The notes under the pieces were generated by a model. It had not been told where the DNA came from. It was given only the letters and a program-made list of their open reading frames with translations, and did not search any database. A stretch of DNA of 64,000 nt from Bacteroidia bacterium. GTDB lineage: Bacteria > Bacteroidota > Bacteroidia > UKL13-3. The position numbers and the translations under genes were made by a program. The DNA is taken from positions 676 through 64,675 of the forward strand of contig JAIBAK010000016.1 of the NCBI GenBank assembly GCA_019695215.1, given 5' to 3'. Numbering within the stretch: the first letter of the stretch is position 1; the number at the start of each line of letters is the position of its first letter. This document shows, one piece after another, positions 54,822 through 64,000 of the stretch.

Positions 54822-55850
54822 TTAGTCTATTTCTGTTTTGGCACGCTGGCCAATACCGGTTGAGGCTTTCTCCCGAATCTTGTTTTCGATCTCCTCACTT
54901 AATTCCGGATTATCAAGCAACATTTGTTTCACCGCATCGCGTCCCTGCCCTATTTTAGTATCGTTGTAGCTAAACCATGAGCCCGACTTTTTGATAATTT
55001 CATAATCTACACCCAAATCAACAATTTCGCCTACTTTAGAAATACCTTCGCCATACATAATATCAAACTCCACTACACGGAAAGGAGGAGCCACCTTGTT
55101 TTTGGCAATTTTTACCTTAGTGCGGTTACCCACCATATCATTGCCATCTTTCAACTGGCCAATTCTACGAATATCCAAACGTACCGATGCATAAAACTTC
55201 AATGCATTACCGCCCGTAGTAGTTTCAGGGTTACCAAACATTACTCCTATTTTCTCGCGCAACTGGTTAATGAAAATACACACGCATTTGGTTTTATTAA
55301 TAGTACCGGTAAGTTTACGCAGTGCCTGCGACATTAAACGGGCCTGTAAACCCATTTTAGATTCACCCATATCGCCTTCAATTTCGGCTTTCGGAACTAA
55401 TGCCGCTACCGAGTCAATCACGATGATATCAATAGCACCTGAACGAATAAGGTTATCGGCAATCTCTAATGCCTGCTCCCCGTCATCGGGTTGGGCAATT
55501 AAAAGATTTTCGGTATCCACGCCCAATTTCTCAGCGTAAAAACGGTCAAAAGCATGTTCTGCATCAATAAAAGCAGCCATACCACCTTTTTTCTGTGCCT
55601 GTGCAATGGCATGAATGGCCAATGTGGTTTTTCCTGACGATTCAGGACCATAAATTTCTATAATACGGCCAATGGGAAATCCTCCAATTCCCAAGGCAAT
55701 GTCTAATCCAAGCGAACCGGTTGACAGAGCCTCTACTCCTTCTACCTTCTCGTCACTCATCTTCATCACCACGCCTTTTCCATACGTCTTCTCCAACTTC
55801 TCTACAGTAAGCTGAAGGGCTTTCAGTTTTTCTTTGTTGTTATCGCTCAT
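54822..55850 (-). CDS. recA: Recombinase A.
   Basis: '[13 protein letters not shown]' (Walker A), '[10 protein letters not shown]', '[10 protein letters not shown]', '[16 protein letters not shown]'. Confidence 0.97.
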   Translation of the reverse strand: MSDNNKEKLKALQLTVEKLEKTYGKGVVMKMSDEKVEGVEALSTGSLGLDIALGIGGFPIGRIIEIYGPESSGKTTLAIHAIAQAQKKGGMAAFIDAEHAFDRFYAEKLGVDTENLLIAQPDDGEQALEIADNLIRSGAIDIIVIDSVAALVPKAEIEGDMGESKMGLQARLMSQALRKLTGTINKTKCVCIFINQLREKIGVMFGNPETTTGGNALKFYASVRLDIRRIGQLKDGNDMVGNRTKVKIAKNKVAPPFRVVEFDIMYGEGISKVGEIVDLGVDYEIIKKSGSWFSYNDTKIGQGRDAVKQMLLDNPELSEEIENKIREKASTGIGQRAKTEID

Positions 55851-56020
55851 ACTTTTTCAGATAATTTGAACATCAAAATTACAAAGCAATCACCCGCCTT
55901 TAGTTAACAACCCTGCCCAAGTTATACGAAGAATATCCACATCTAAGCCTGCGGATAAGTTAAAGATAATTTTTAATTAACAGGAATTATTATCATAACA
56001 TTGGCCCATACTAATTATTT

Positions 56021-56674
56021 TCATTTCAATGATTTAATAAAAATTTTCTCGTAGTATAAACAAAAGTTTTTCAGTTCACATTCTCCACACTTTGGGGTAC
56101 GGGCAAGGCAAACATAACGGCCATGCAAAATAAGCCAGTGATGAGCTCTGGAGATGAACTGCTCCGGGATATATTTAACCAATTGCTTTTCGGCCTCGAG
56201 CGGGGTTTTGGCACTTTTGGTGAGGCCTAGCCTTTCGGATACACGAAACACATGTGTATCAACTGCCATGGCCGGCATATTAAAAATAACCGAGGCAATT
56301 ACATTGGCGGTTTTGCGCCCTACTCCCGGAAGTTTTACCAATTCCTCAATAGTGGCCGGTACTTCGCTGTTAAAATCCTTTACCAGCATTTGCGCCATTC
56401 CTATTAAATGTTTCGTTTTATTATTCGGGTAACTCACCGTTTTGATATAAGGAAACAGGGTATCAAAATCGGTTGCAGCCAAATCTTCGGGTTCAGGAAA
56501 ATCATGAAAAATGGCAGGTGTTACCAGATTGATGCGTTTATCAGTGCACTGAGCAGAAAGGATGACGGCAATCAATAACTGAAAGGGCGAATCATAATGC
56601 AACTCCGTTTGTGCTTCGGGGTGGTTGCGCACATGATAATCAATAAAACGGTCGAAACGTTCTTTACGGGTCAT
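56021..56674 (-). CDS. nth: Endonuclease III (DNA glycosylase/AP lyase).
   Basis: 'SPFQLLIAVILSAQCTD', 'LPGVGRKTANV', [4Fe-4S] cluster 'CLARTPKCGECELKNFC'. Confidence 0.93.
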   Translation of the reverse strand: MTRKERFDRFIDYHVRNHPEAQTELHYDSPFQLLIAVILSAQCTDKRINLVTPAIFHDFPEPEDLAATDFDTLFPYIKTVSYPNNKTKHLIGMAQMLVKDFNSEVPATIEELVKLPGVGRKTANVIASVIFNMPAMAVDTHVFRVSERLGLTKSAKTPLEAEKQLVKYIPEQFISRAHHWLILHGRYVCLARTPKCGECELKNFCLYYEKIFIKSLK

Positions 56675-56684
56675 AACAGAAAGG

Positions 56685-56692
56685 CAAAAATA
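56685..56692 (-). promoter_or_regulatory. TAnnTTTG -7 box of the nth promoter, which is part of the triplicated module.
   Basis: The minus strand reads TATTTTTG 10 nt upstream of the nth ATG. The same spacing is conserved in the copy at 62458-62465. Confidence 0.35.
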
Positions 56693-56825
56693 ATCAATCC
56701 AGAATTCAGCCCAGCCATTTTTTACTTGAGTTGCTTCTCACAAAAAACCATTGTTCTGTTATATATTTAAATAAACAATAAAAAAATTCATTGAAAGCAT
56801 ACTCATACATAACTTCAATTATTAT

Positions 56826-59800
56826 CTATCCTTTAATTATCAGTTTCTTTTTTTGAACCAATATCCCATCTTTAAATATAACTAACATGTAAACGCCCGG
56901 TGTTAATTGTGATATTTCACAGGATATAGTATTCACCCCTTCCTGCTTTATTGTACGCAACTCAATAATTCTTCCGGTTACATCTACAGCTTTAATATCA
57001 AAATTCCCTATGTTTTCTTTCGTTATAAAATCACTCGAAATATTAACTATTTGCTTTGCCGGATTTGGATAAATACGGTATTCTTTATTTTCTATTATCA
57101 TTTGGTTGGAATTAGGTTCTTCCCGTTTGCCATAAAACACTTCATTATTCACATCCGTTTCAGTAATTGCACCGCAGGAATAGGAAATAGAGCTACTGCG
57201 CTCTGACCCTGTGGTGCCTACAAGTGTTACATCGAAATATAAACTATACATACCTGATGGAATAGAGTAAGTGGGACTGTACCCGTAAAAATACCAGTAA
57301 TTAGATGTGAGATGAAGGGCGTGGTAACTGCTATTGGTTACATTACCTCCAATACTGTATGATGCCGGACTTGAAGAATAGTTTGGATAATAAAACGTAT
57401 TGTTTCCGTCTAAGGTTAATAAATCAAAAGCGTCACTAAGACCAATATCATAATCGGCAACATTAGTAAACCGGTTGTTGCCGCCTGCCACATTTGTAGT
57501 ACCCGCTGCATTTGAGCCGTTAGTGGCTGTACTAAGGTTCAACGTTACACCACTTCCTGCAAGTACAGAGGCGTTGTTATCTTCAAATTCGCTACAGGAA
57601 ATGGTTGCTTGCAGCGTACCAAATACTTCTACAGCCGAACCATTCTCAGAAAATAACGACTGTTCTATTAACAGGTGTGCATTGGTGCCTCCACTATAGT
57701 AAATGCCCTTTTGAGATGAGCCTAAAATACGACCTTTAAACTGACTCAGCCCTTCCATTTCGGTGGCGTACCAGGCATAATCGCAATTGGTAAACTGGTT
57801 ATTGTTCAGATAAGCCCGGTAACCTTCGGTAACAATGGCTTTTTCACAATCGGTAAATTTGCACCCGCGTATTTCAAACAAGGTCACATCGGATGACGAT
57901 AGTTTATTTAAGGCAATTTTTGCCTTACCGAATTCACAAAATTTTACAGTAAGACTGCTTCCATTTTGACCATCAAAAGTTATTCCCTGAAATTTATCTG
58001 AAGTAGCCCATGGCAATGGAGCAAACTTCACACTTTCTAAATGAGTGGAAGATGAAGTTTTTATCTCCGCATCTTCTCCCATTTCTACCAATCCATTTTT
58101 TAGTTCCACCCCGTTGTAACCTGATGCATTAATTCCTCCTCCTATCACACGTAACATCAGGTCAGTTTTGTTACTACCCTCTAATGTTATAGAGCAACTG
58201 CCTGTTTTACTAATAGAAGCGTAGCCGCTGCTTTGCGAAATAATTGTGATAAAACCACTTCCTGTAAAAGTGAGATCATAATTATCCAACTCTAGGTAAC
58301 CGCCCATTTCAAGATTTGATCCGTCATCCTGGAGGGTTATGGTTCCTCCGTTTAACTCAAGAGTAGCCCCAGGCTTAATGGTGAGCTTGGAGTTTTTATA
58401 AATTTTTAAACTGGCACCGGGATTCAATATTAAACGGGAACCCGAATTAATGGTAAGCCCTGCGTGGTGGTCGGTGCCGGCATCGCCAAGTTGCAACTCG
58501 CCATTTACAGTAATGGTAACGGGGTCAGATGTGCAGTTGTTGTCGTGTATAAAGGTTTCTACAAAATAGGTAGAGCCCACCGGAGGTTCATCGTTATTGT
58601 AATTATCATCGGTGTACCCGGCTTTTACATTTTTATTTATGGCCAAAGTACCGTTCACAGTTACATCGCCCACCCAATCACTTACAGGCGCCCCATAGTT
58701 GTAGGTTTTACCAGAGGGTATAGTGGCCGGAGCGGTGTTGAGCATTTCGTTTTCGAAAATTTTAACGGAATGGGAAGTGAAAGCTGTATGTCCACCATTA
58801 CGCAGACTATCGGGTGGAGGAGTGGCAAGGTCATCCTGCGTAATGTATCTTTTGGCTCTTACCTTTGAATAAGGATCTGTATTTACCAAATAATTAAAGT
58901 CCTTTTCCGATGTATCAACTGCCGATGCGCTGATGGTGGGGACAAAACACAAAAAAGGAAATGCTCTATTTATTTTTTTCTTCCCCAAACCTTCTGTGAT
59001 GCTCGCACCTGCAATGGCATCCAAACCACCTACACTGCCGGGCTTATTATCCACACCATTCCACATACTCGATGGAGCTATAGTGCGGGCATAATACGGA
59101 TATACAATGGTTTTATTAATTTTATTTACGATGGCTCCGTTAAAAACAACCTTGCTCGGTGTACCGGATTCAGGCATGGCCCATATACTAAATACTAATC
59201 CGTGTAATGCCTTTTTATTATGTAAATGAAAACTCTCATCATAGCCTGCCAGTAAGTCACCTGCATTCATTGGTACCCAGGTAGCGCCTACTTTAACCCC
59301 TTGGCTAAAAGCGGTACCCGAGCCGTTGGCAATGGTTACCATTTTACAACCCAGTCCGTCAACCGGGGCAATAGTATTTAGTTCCTGATAAAATGAATCG
59401 TGCAATCCGGAATAAGTGGTATTGTATTTAAAAACGTAATTAATGAGTAACTGGCGAACTGCCGGGCAGGTTAATGTTTTATAATCCCACCACACATCGG
59501 CTGCTTCAACACGGGGTATGTATTGCCCGTATGTAAAATAATACCTGTACATGGCATTGATAAAACCCTGCATACCCAGCGAAGCATTGGCTCCGCGATG
59601 GGGCGAATCGTGGGTAATGAGCAAACGGGTATCGTGGTCGGCCGAATCATTGTCAAGGTACTGCTTATGCATTTTACCCAATGCATAACGCGAAATGATA
59701 CCGCCCAGGCTGTTGCCAAACACCACATTTTGCGCATGCGAACCATTCACCTCTTTTTCATGATTTACCCATTTAATAATATCCTCAAATACCAGTGCAT

Positions 59801-60932
59801 TGCGCTGTATATAATCGGTGGGGTCATAAAAATCAACAAAAATGAGGTCGTACTCTTGCTTCAGTACTTCTGGGACAATTGTATTTGAATTAAAAACATC
59901 TTGCTTGCCGACCTTACTCCAAAAATTATCTCCCATAATTGGTCCGTAAAATTTAGATGCACCCGTAAGGCTTATGGGGGTATGAAACCCGCCCGCCACT
60001 ATAAACGGCCTGCGTATTTTATGATCGGGGTTGCACTTAGCATAATTAATAGAAATATAGGCCTTGCCCGGAGCACCCTGATAATTGCCTGACGACTGTA
60101 CCAGCAACCATTCATCACAAAAATGCCAATTCCCTTCAGCATCTTTAAAAGCACCGTTCGGGTGTCGCTCTATAATAAAAGAAGAACTTAATGTAGTAAG
60201 GTCGCTCAGGTAAACCATGCACTTTACCTCGTACATACCAGCCGTATCATATTCCACCAACACGGCTTCGTCAAACTGCACCGCCTGCCAGCCCTGCCCG
60301 TCTCCAAAATCCACCTTTATCGAATCTACCTCCCGTTCATCGTTGCTCACATACAGGTGTTGGGGAAAAATAAATTGAACCAGGGTATCTCGTGTACCCA
60401 GCACACCGGCAGCAGCCACAAAACAGGTATGGTTTTCATAAGGGCTTTCGCTGCGCCCGTCCACATCATATATTTCAATGCCATCCATGCTCAGCAGGCT
60501 ATCGGCAAAGGCACTGTCTTTAATGCTGCTGTAGCGGTAATTGAGAATGGAAACGGGTACAAATCCGCTATCTATATAGCTTTGCATGGTATCCACTATA
60601 TGCAACAAGGCCAGGGTATCATTGGCTATGGCTGTATCTACATGCGCCCGCCTTAGGGTTCCAAAGGCTTTGCGCCACAAAAACAGGTTGGCCTGGTTGC
60701 TATCTTCACTTATGCCATCAAACATAAACACATTGGTGGTGGCCATGGCTTTTTCAATTAAAATACCTGTAGGTACCTGCCCTAAGTCAACATGTTTAAA
60801 ACAGGAATCCATCATTTCCAGGTAGGAATATGCTATGGTAGAATCTGTAAATAACGAATCGTCCTGAGCGAAACTTATTTGAGGGAAACAGAAATACCAA
60901 AAGGTGAACAACAGCAAAATGATTTTTTTCAT
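56826..60932 (-). CDS. Giant T9SS cargo protein (1368 aa) with an N-terminal alpha/beta-hydrolase (lipase/esterase, GxSxG) region, a right-handed beta-helix (pectate-lyase-like) repeat region and a type A T9SS C-terminal domain.
   Basis: Signal peptide. Nucleophile elbow 'VFGNSLGGIISRYALG' with downstream 'THDSPHRG'. Repeated 'NGG.I.L...S.L' beta-helix rungs. C-terminus 'YRIYPNPAKQIVNISSD...GVYMLVIFKDGILVQKKKLIIKG'. Confidence 0.8.
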   Translation of the reverse strand: MKKIILLLFTFWYFCFPQISFAQDDSLFTDSTIAYSYLEMMDSCFKHVDLGQVPTGILIEKAMATTNVFMFDGISEDSNQANLFLWRKAFGTLRRAHVDTAIANDTLALLHIVDTMQSYIDSGFVPVSILNYRYSSIKDSAFADSLLSMDGIEIYDVDGRSESPYENHTCFVAAAGVLGTRDTLVQFIFPQHLYVSNDEREVDSIKVDFGDGQGWQAVQFDEAVLVEYDTAGMYEVKCMVYLSDLTTLSSSFIIERHPNGAFKDAEGNWHFCDEWLLVQSSGNYQGAPGKAYISINYAKCNPDHKIRRPFIVAGGFHTPISLTGASKFYGPIMGDNFWSKVGKQDVFNSNTIVPEVLKQEYDLIFVDFYDPTDYIQRNALVFEDIIKWVNHEKEVNGSHAQNVVFGNSLGGIISRYALGKMHKQYLDNDSADHDTRLLITHDSPHRGANASLGMQGFINAMYRYYFTYGQYIPRVEAADVWWDYKTLTCPAVRQLLINYVFKYNTTYSGLHDSFYQELNTIAPVDGLGCKMVTIANGSGTAFSQGVKVGATWVPMNAGDLLAGYDESFHLHNKKALHGLVFSIWAMPESGTPSKVVFNGAIVNKINKTIVYPYYARTIAPSSMWNGVDNKPGSVGGLDAIAGASITEGLGKKKINRAFPFLCFVPTISASAVDTSEKDFNYLVNTDPYSKVRAKRYITQDDLATPPPDSLRNGGHTAFTSHSVKIFENEMLNTAPATIPSGKTYNYGAPVSDWVGDVTVNGTLAINKNVKAGYTDDNYNNDEPPVGSTYFVETFIHDNNCTSDPVTITVNGELQLGDAGTDHHAGLTINSGSRLILNPGASLKIYKNSKLTIKPGATLELNGGTITLQDDGSNLEMGGYLELDNYDLTFTGSGFITIISQSSGYASISKTGSCSITLEGSNKTDLMLRVIGGGINASGYNGVELKNGLVEMGEDAEIKTSSSTHLESVKFAPLPWATSDKFQGITFDGQNGSSLTVKFCEFGKAKIALNKLSSSDVTLFEIRGCKFTDCEKAIVTEGYRAYLNNNQFTNCDYAWYATEMEGLSQFKGRILGSSQKGIYYSGGTNAHLLIEQSLFSENGSAVEVFGTLQATISCSEFEDNNASVLAGSGVTLNLSTATNGSNAAGTTNVAGGNNRFTNVADYDIGLSDAFDLLTLDGNNTFYYPNYSSSPASYSIGGNVTNSSYHALHLTSNYWYFYGYSPTYSIPSGMYSLYFDVTLVGTTGSERSSSISYSCGAITETDVNNEVFYGKREEPNSNQMIIENKEYRIYPNPAKQIVNISSDFITKENIGNFDIKAVDVTGRIIELRTIKQEGVNTISCEISQLTPGVYMLVIFKDGILVQKKKLIIKG

Positions 60933-60949
60933 AAGTAAAAATTAATTAG

Positions 60950-61486
60950 TTAATAACTTATATCAAAACGGCCTGATTCTACCTTTACAGAAGTAAGTCC
61001 ATTATCATCTAATAAGGTGAAACCGAACATACCTGCGGCAAATCCGTTTACTGTATCAAGCCGGGTAATATTTATCCAGGCAAAACCGCCTGCATTGATG
61101 GGATGATGGGAATCATATGTGTTATTAATAATTTCTACGGAACATGATCCAAGATAATCATTATTAGTGTCGAACCAGGCAATATAATTACCCGGTTTTG
61201 TTATATTTTTAGTTGAAATCCGAACCCATTGCGAATCAAAAAAACTCAGCTCAGAGGCTTTTATATAATAGCCAACACTTAGCACTCCATTTTCATAAAA
61301 TGTCTGTATATAATGATACCCCTTCTCATAAACAGGCCAGGCCTTCCCATTAATAAGGCACCCAAACGTACCCAGACCACTGGCAGTGGCAGGGGGGAGT
61401 TTATCAATTTCTTCTTCTTTTTTGCATCCGGCATACAAGAGTGGGATGCAACAAAACAGAACAAAAACTTTATGCAGTTTATTCAT
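60950..61486 (-). CDS. Hypothetical lipoprotein. It ends 17 nt upstream of the giant T9SS gene start, so the two are probably co-transcribed.
   Basis: Lipobox 'LLYAGCKKEEE'. Confidence 0.5.
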   Translation of the reverse strand: MNKLHKVFVLFCCIPLLYAGCKKEEEIDKLPPATASGLGTFGCLINGKAWPVYEKGYHYIQTFYENGVLSVGYYIKASELSFFDSQWVRISTKNITKPGNYIAWFDTNNDYLGSCSVEIINNTYDSHHPINAGGFAWINITRLDTVNGFAAGMFGFTLLDDNGLTSVKVESGRFDISY

Positions 61487-61595
61487 TTGAGTTTTATTTT
61501 ATTAATTACAAAATTAAATGGTTTTATGTGGTATTTGCAAGAAAAAAATCCTTAGCGGCATACAAACAGAAATTGAATGAAAAGATTGATGAAAA

Positions 61596-61765
61596 TTAAA
61601 GATGAGTAAAAGAAAAAGAAACAAAATGATTTTTTAAAAAATCTTCTTTTAGCTCACCGAAGTTCAACCAGGTCTTTGCTCCCGAATGGTTGCGTACATG
61701 GTAATCTATAAAACGGTCAAAACGTTCTTTGCGGGTCATGTTGCAATATCAGGCAAATCACTTTG
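61596..61765 (-). repeat. Copy 2 of the nth 5'-end module, comprising an upstream box, the ATG and the first 17 nth-like codons. It forms a 47-codon uORF (MTRKERFDRFIDYHVRNHSGAKTWLNFGELK...) upstream of the lipoprotein gene 60950..61486.
   Basis: The reverse complement of 61684-61739 matches nth 56620-56674 at about 50 of 56 nt. It shares the downstream 'GGGAGCAAA...GGTGAG...AAGATT' extension with copy 3. Confidence 0.7.
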
Positions 61766-61806
61766 ATATTAAAAGCCTTTAAGAAACTCCAATAAAAAAG
61801 TGGTGG

Positions 61807-62286
61807 CTACCAAACCCTCTTCCCTTTGTATATTTTATCCCAACCGTTTGGAATTGGCTGATTTGTCTCGGAGGTCACTACAAAAGAGATGCTATCCATC
61901 ACGTGGTATTCTAATTTTAGTCCGCTTATGTACCGGCAATGGGAACATCCGGCTGCTTTATTGTAGTACCGGCTAAACGAGTTTGAATCGGATAAATCAA
62001 CCTCAAATGATTCAAATACTCCTGTAGTAGTATCCGGTCCCAAATTAGCCACTACCAGAGTAGCCCAAACATCCTGTTTTTGTACAATTCTTAAATACGC
62101 ATACCCGGTATCCTGAGGTGTACCGGACATCCACATCATATTGTCGTAGCGGCAGTAAAACAATCCGGTGTATCCTGACAAATTCAGTGACTGCACCCCA
62201 GCGTCTTCTTTGCTGCAGGAAATAAAGCATCCTAAAAAAAACACCGGAAGAAGTGTTTTGAAAGCGATATTTTTCATACTAACCAA
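61807..62286 (-). CDS. Hypothetical lipoprotein.
   Basis: Lipobox 'FFLGCFISCSKED'. Confidence 0.5.
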   Translation of the reverse strand: MVSMKNIAFKTLLPVFFLGCFISCSKEDAGVQSLNLSGYTGLFYCRYDNMMWMSGTPQDTGYAYLRIVQKQDVWATLVVANLGPDTTTGVFESFEVDLSDSNSFSRYYNKAAGCSHCRYISGLKLEYHVMDSISFVVTSETNQPIPNGWDKIYKGKRVW

Positions 62287-62363
62287 ATTTAGGGCAATTT
62301 ACTGAAAAGACATGCTCTAAATTCAATAGGTTGCAAACAAGGATTGCAAATCATATAAGGGAA

Positions 62364-62470
62364 TTAATCTTCACTCACCGGATTTGCTCCCAAATGATGG
62401 TTTACATGGTAATCAATAAACTGATCGAAACGTTCTTTACGCGTCATTACAGAAACGCAAAAATAGGAGG
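62364..62470 (-). repeat. Copy 3 of the nth 5'-end module with a conserved -7 box. It forms a 27-codon uORF (MTRKERFDQFIDYHVNHHLGANPVSED*) upstream of the lipoprotein gene 61807..62286.
   Basis: The reverse complement of 62395-62466 aligns with the nth start and promoter. The TATTTTTG box sits the same 10 nt from the ATG. Confidence 0.7.
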
Positions 62471-62549
62471 ACACGCAAAGTCCGATAGCTATCGAACGCT
62501 AAGGCAACTCTTAATTAACTTTGCGCCTTTGCGGGCTTTGCGTGAAAAA

Positions 62550-62786
62550 TCAAAACACCGTCTTTTCGTGCAGGGCAGCCGAGTATTCCAAAACAATGTT
62601 TACGCTGGTAGGATGAGGTTCTTCCAAACTATCACCAAGGGCGGTGATGGTTTTAACCAATTGGCGGTACTCATTCAGGAATTCCGGGTCGGAGGCTAAC
62701 TGTTCTACAATCCCAAGTTCTTCCTTTTCAGAAGTTTCGCGGTAAATAAAACGAATTAAGTCGTCAGGAGTAAATGTTTTGCGCAT
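62550..62786 (-). CDS. Small acidic hypothetical protein encoded immediately downstream of the ECF sigma factor (possible cognate regulatory partner).
   Basis: 78 aa, no transmembrane helix, 52-bp gap from the sigma factor gene on the same strand. Confidence 0.4.
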   Translation of the reverse strand: MRKTFTPDDLIRFIYRETSEKEELGIVEQLASDPEFLNEYRQLVKTITALGDSLEEPHPTSVNIVLEYSAALHEKTVF

Positions 62787-62838
62787 AGGCGTGTTTTAAA
62801 ATTAACACCTACATAACGGCCAAACATTTCAGATTATT

Positions 62839-63420
62839 TTATCGCAGCACCATTTCTTTTTCCTGCATCATTTTACGCATATTATTCAGCGCATAACGCA
62901 TGCGACCCAAAGCGGTGTTAATGCTTACCCCGGTGGCATCGGCAATTTCTTTAAAACTCATATCCCCGTAATGACGCATAATCAATACCTCGCGCTGCTC
63001 CTCGGGCAATAGCTTTATTAAATCCCGAATGCTGCGTTCATTTTCCTTCCGCATCATCTGGTCTTCCCTCGATTCCTCGGCAATACTGATAAATGACAAT
63101 ACATCGTTTCCGGCCGTATCGGTAATAACAGGGGTGCGTTTGGCCTTACGGAAATAATCAATGGCCAGATTGCGGCCAATGCGCAGTACCCACGGAAGAA
63201 ACTTTCCTTCCTCATTGTACTTATCACTTTTAAAGGTTTGAACCACCTTAATAAAGGTTTCCTGAAACAGGTCTTCAGCCAGATACCTGTCATGGACAAT
63301 CAGGTAAATAGTAGTAAAAACTTTGGATTTGTGGCGCTTGATTAACGTTTCAAGACACATTTCGTTACCGCTGCGATAGGAATCAATCAACTCCTGATCA
63401 CTAATTTTTGCTTTTGTCAT
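62839..63420 (-). CDS. RNA polymerase ECF-type sigma-70 factor.
   Basis: Region 2 'EDLFQETFIKVV', 'RNLAIDYFRK'. Region 4 'EEQREVLIMRHYGDMSFKEIADATGVSINTALGRMRYAL'. Confidence 0.9.
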   Translation of the reverse strand: MTKAKISDQELIDSYRSGNEMCLETLIKRHKSKVFTTIYLIVHDRYLAEDLFQETFIKVVQTFKSDKYNEEGKFLPWVLRIGRNLAIDYFRKAKRTPVITDTAGNDVLSFISIAEESREDQMMRKENERSIRDLIKLLPEEQREVLIMRHYGDMSFKEIADATGVSINTALGRMRYALNNMRKMMQEKEMVLR

Positions 63421-63641
63421 TGGTTTGACCGGTTTAAGTGAAACAAATAAAATTAGTGTAGAAGTTTAATCGATATGCGTGTCTGTTTTTTAGTTAATTA
63501 TTGCGGTTTGAATATGTAAAAATAATACTTCACAAATAAAAAACAAAATATTTTTTCGGGCAAGTCTGTTTTTTTTCTGTTTATGCACAAAAAAGGGGCA
63601 ACATCCGTAAACATATTTCCCCGACATTTGTCCTTCTATTT

Positions 63642-64000
63642 ATGACATCAAAAGCCGTTTTAAAATACAATACTCCAGCCGCCCAATCCGATAAAACCAT
63701 ACTGATTAAAGGGGCCCGCATGCACAACCTCAAAAATGTGGATGTAACCCTGCCACGTAACAAACTGGTGGTAGTAACCGGTGTATCGGGCTCCGGAAAA
63801 TCATCGCTGGTGTTCGATACCCTTTATGCCGAGGGACAGCGCAGGTACGTAGAGAGCCTTTCGGCCTACGCCCGGCAGTTTATGGGGCGCATGAACAAGC
63901 CCGATGTGGATTTTATAAAAGGAATAGCCCCTGCCATTGCCATTGAACAGAAAGTAAATACCCGGAATCCACGAAGCACGGTAGCCACCACCACCGAAAT
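63642..64000 (+). CDS. uvrA: Excinuclease ABC subunit A, 5' part only; it continues beyond the window.
   Basis: '[63 protein letters not shown]' is the canonical UvrA N-terminus. Confidence 0.9.
   Translation, partial: MTSKAVLKYNTPAAQSDKTILIKGARMHNLKNVDVTLPRNKLVVVTGVSGSGKSSLVFDTLYAEGQRRYVESLSAYARQFMGRMNKPDVDFIKGIAPAIAIEQKVNTRNPRSTVATTTE

Noticed and set aside
1-64000. Search for tRNA/rRNA genes, CRISPR arrays, transposases, integrases and phage genes.
   Set aside because: No tRNA-like cloverleaf signatures (GTTCGAATCC-type T-arms) were found in intergenic regions. No repeat-spacer arrays were found. No ORF resembled transposase, integrase or phage structural proteins. The nth-module repeats do not come with a recombinase in this window.

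Overview
This window looks like a 64-kb chromosomal segment of a Bacteroidota genome (Chitinophagia/Sphingobacteriia/Flavobacteriia-like). Indicators are GC around 40%, no Shine-Dalgarno dependence, TAnnTTTG-type -7 promoter boxes, and at least six T9SS cargo proteins carrying type A or type B C-terminal sorting domains. It is mostly housekeeping core: gatB, alaS, tsaD-tamB, fabI, apt, recA, nth, the start of uvrA, a bioB-bioF-bioD-bioA operon, and a complete caa3-type cytochrome c oxidase cluster (coxII-cytc fusion, coxI, ctaB, split coxIII, coxIV, SCO1, DUF420, DUF983). Accessory islands sit between these. (1) Three tandem paralogous giant T9SS-secreted proteins at 1-10194. The last carries an N-terminal M43 (pappalysin/cytophagalysin-type) zinc metalloprotease, and a decayed signal-peptide/M43 N-terminal fragment plus a GC-rich structured element lie between paralogs 1 and 2. 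(2) A small ferritin-like protein with a complete diiron E / ExxH / E / ExxH ligand set is translationally coupled to the end of the biotin operon. No known pimeloyl-thioester pathway gene (bioC/H/G/W/I/Z) is present, so it is a candidate for an undescribed biotin-precursor or other oxygen-dependent step. (3) A module made of the nth promoter, its start codon and its first 15-17 codons (MTRKERFD.FIDYHV) is present three times in direct orientation: once as the real nth gene start and twice as short uORF-like copies upstream of consecutive lipoprotein genes beside an ECF sigma factor. (4) A histone H1-like K/A-repeat protein is encoded by 51-bp tandem repeats behind a 680-bp AT-rich leader. No CRISPR array, tRNA, transposase, integrase or prophage genes were detected.
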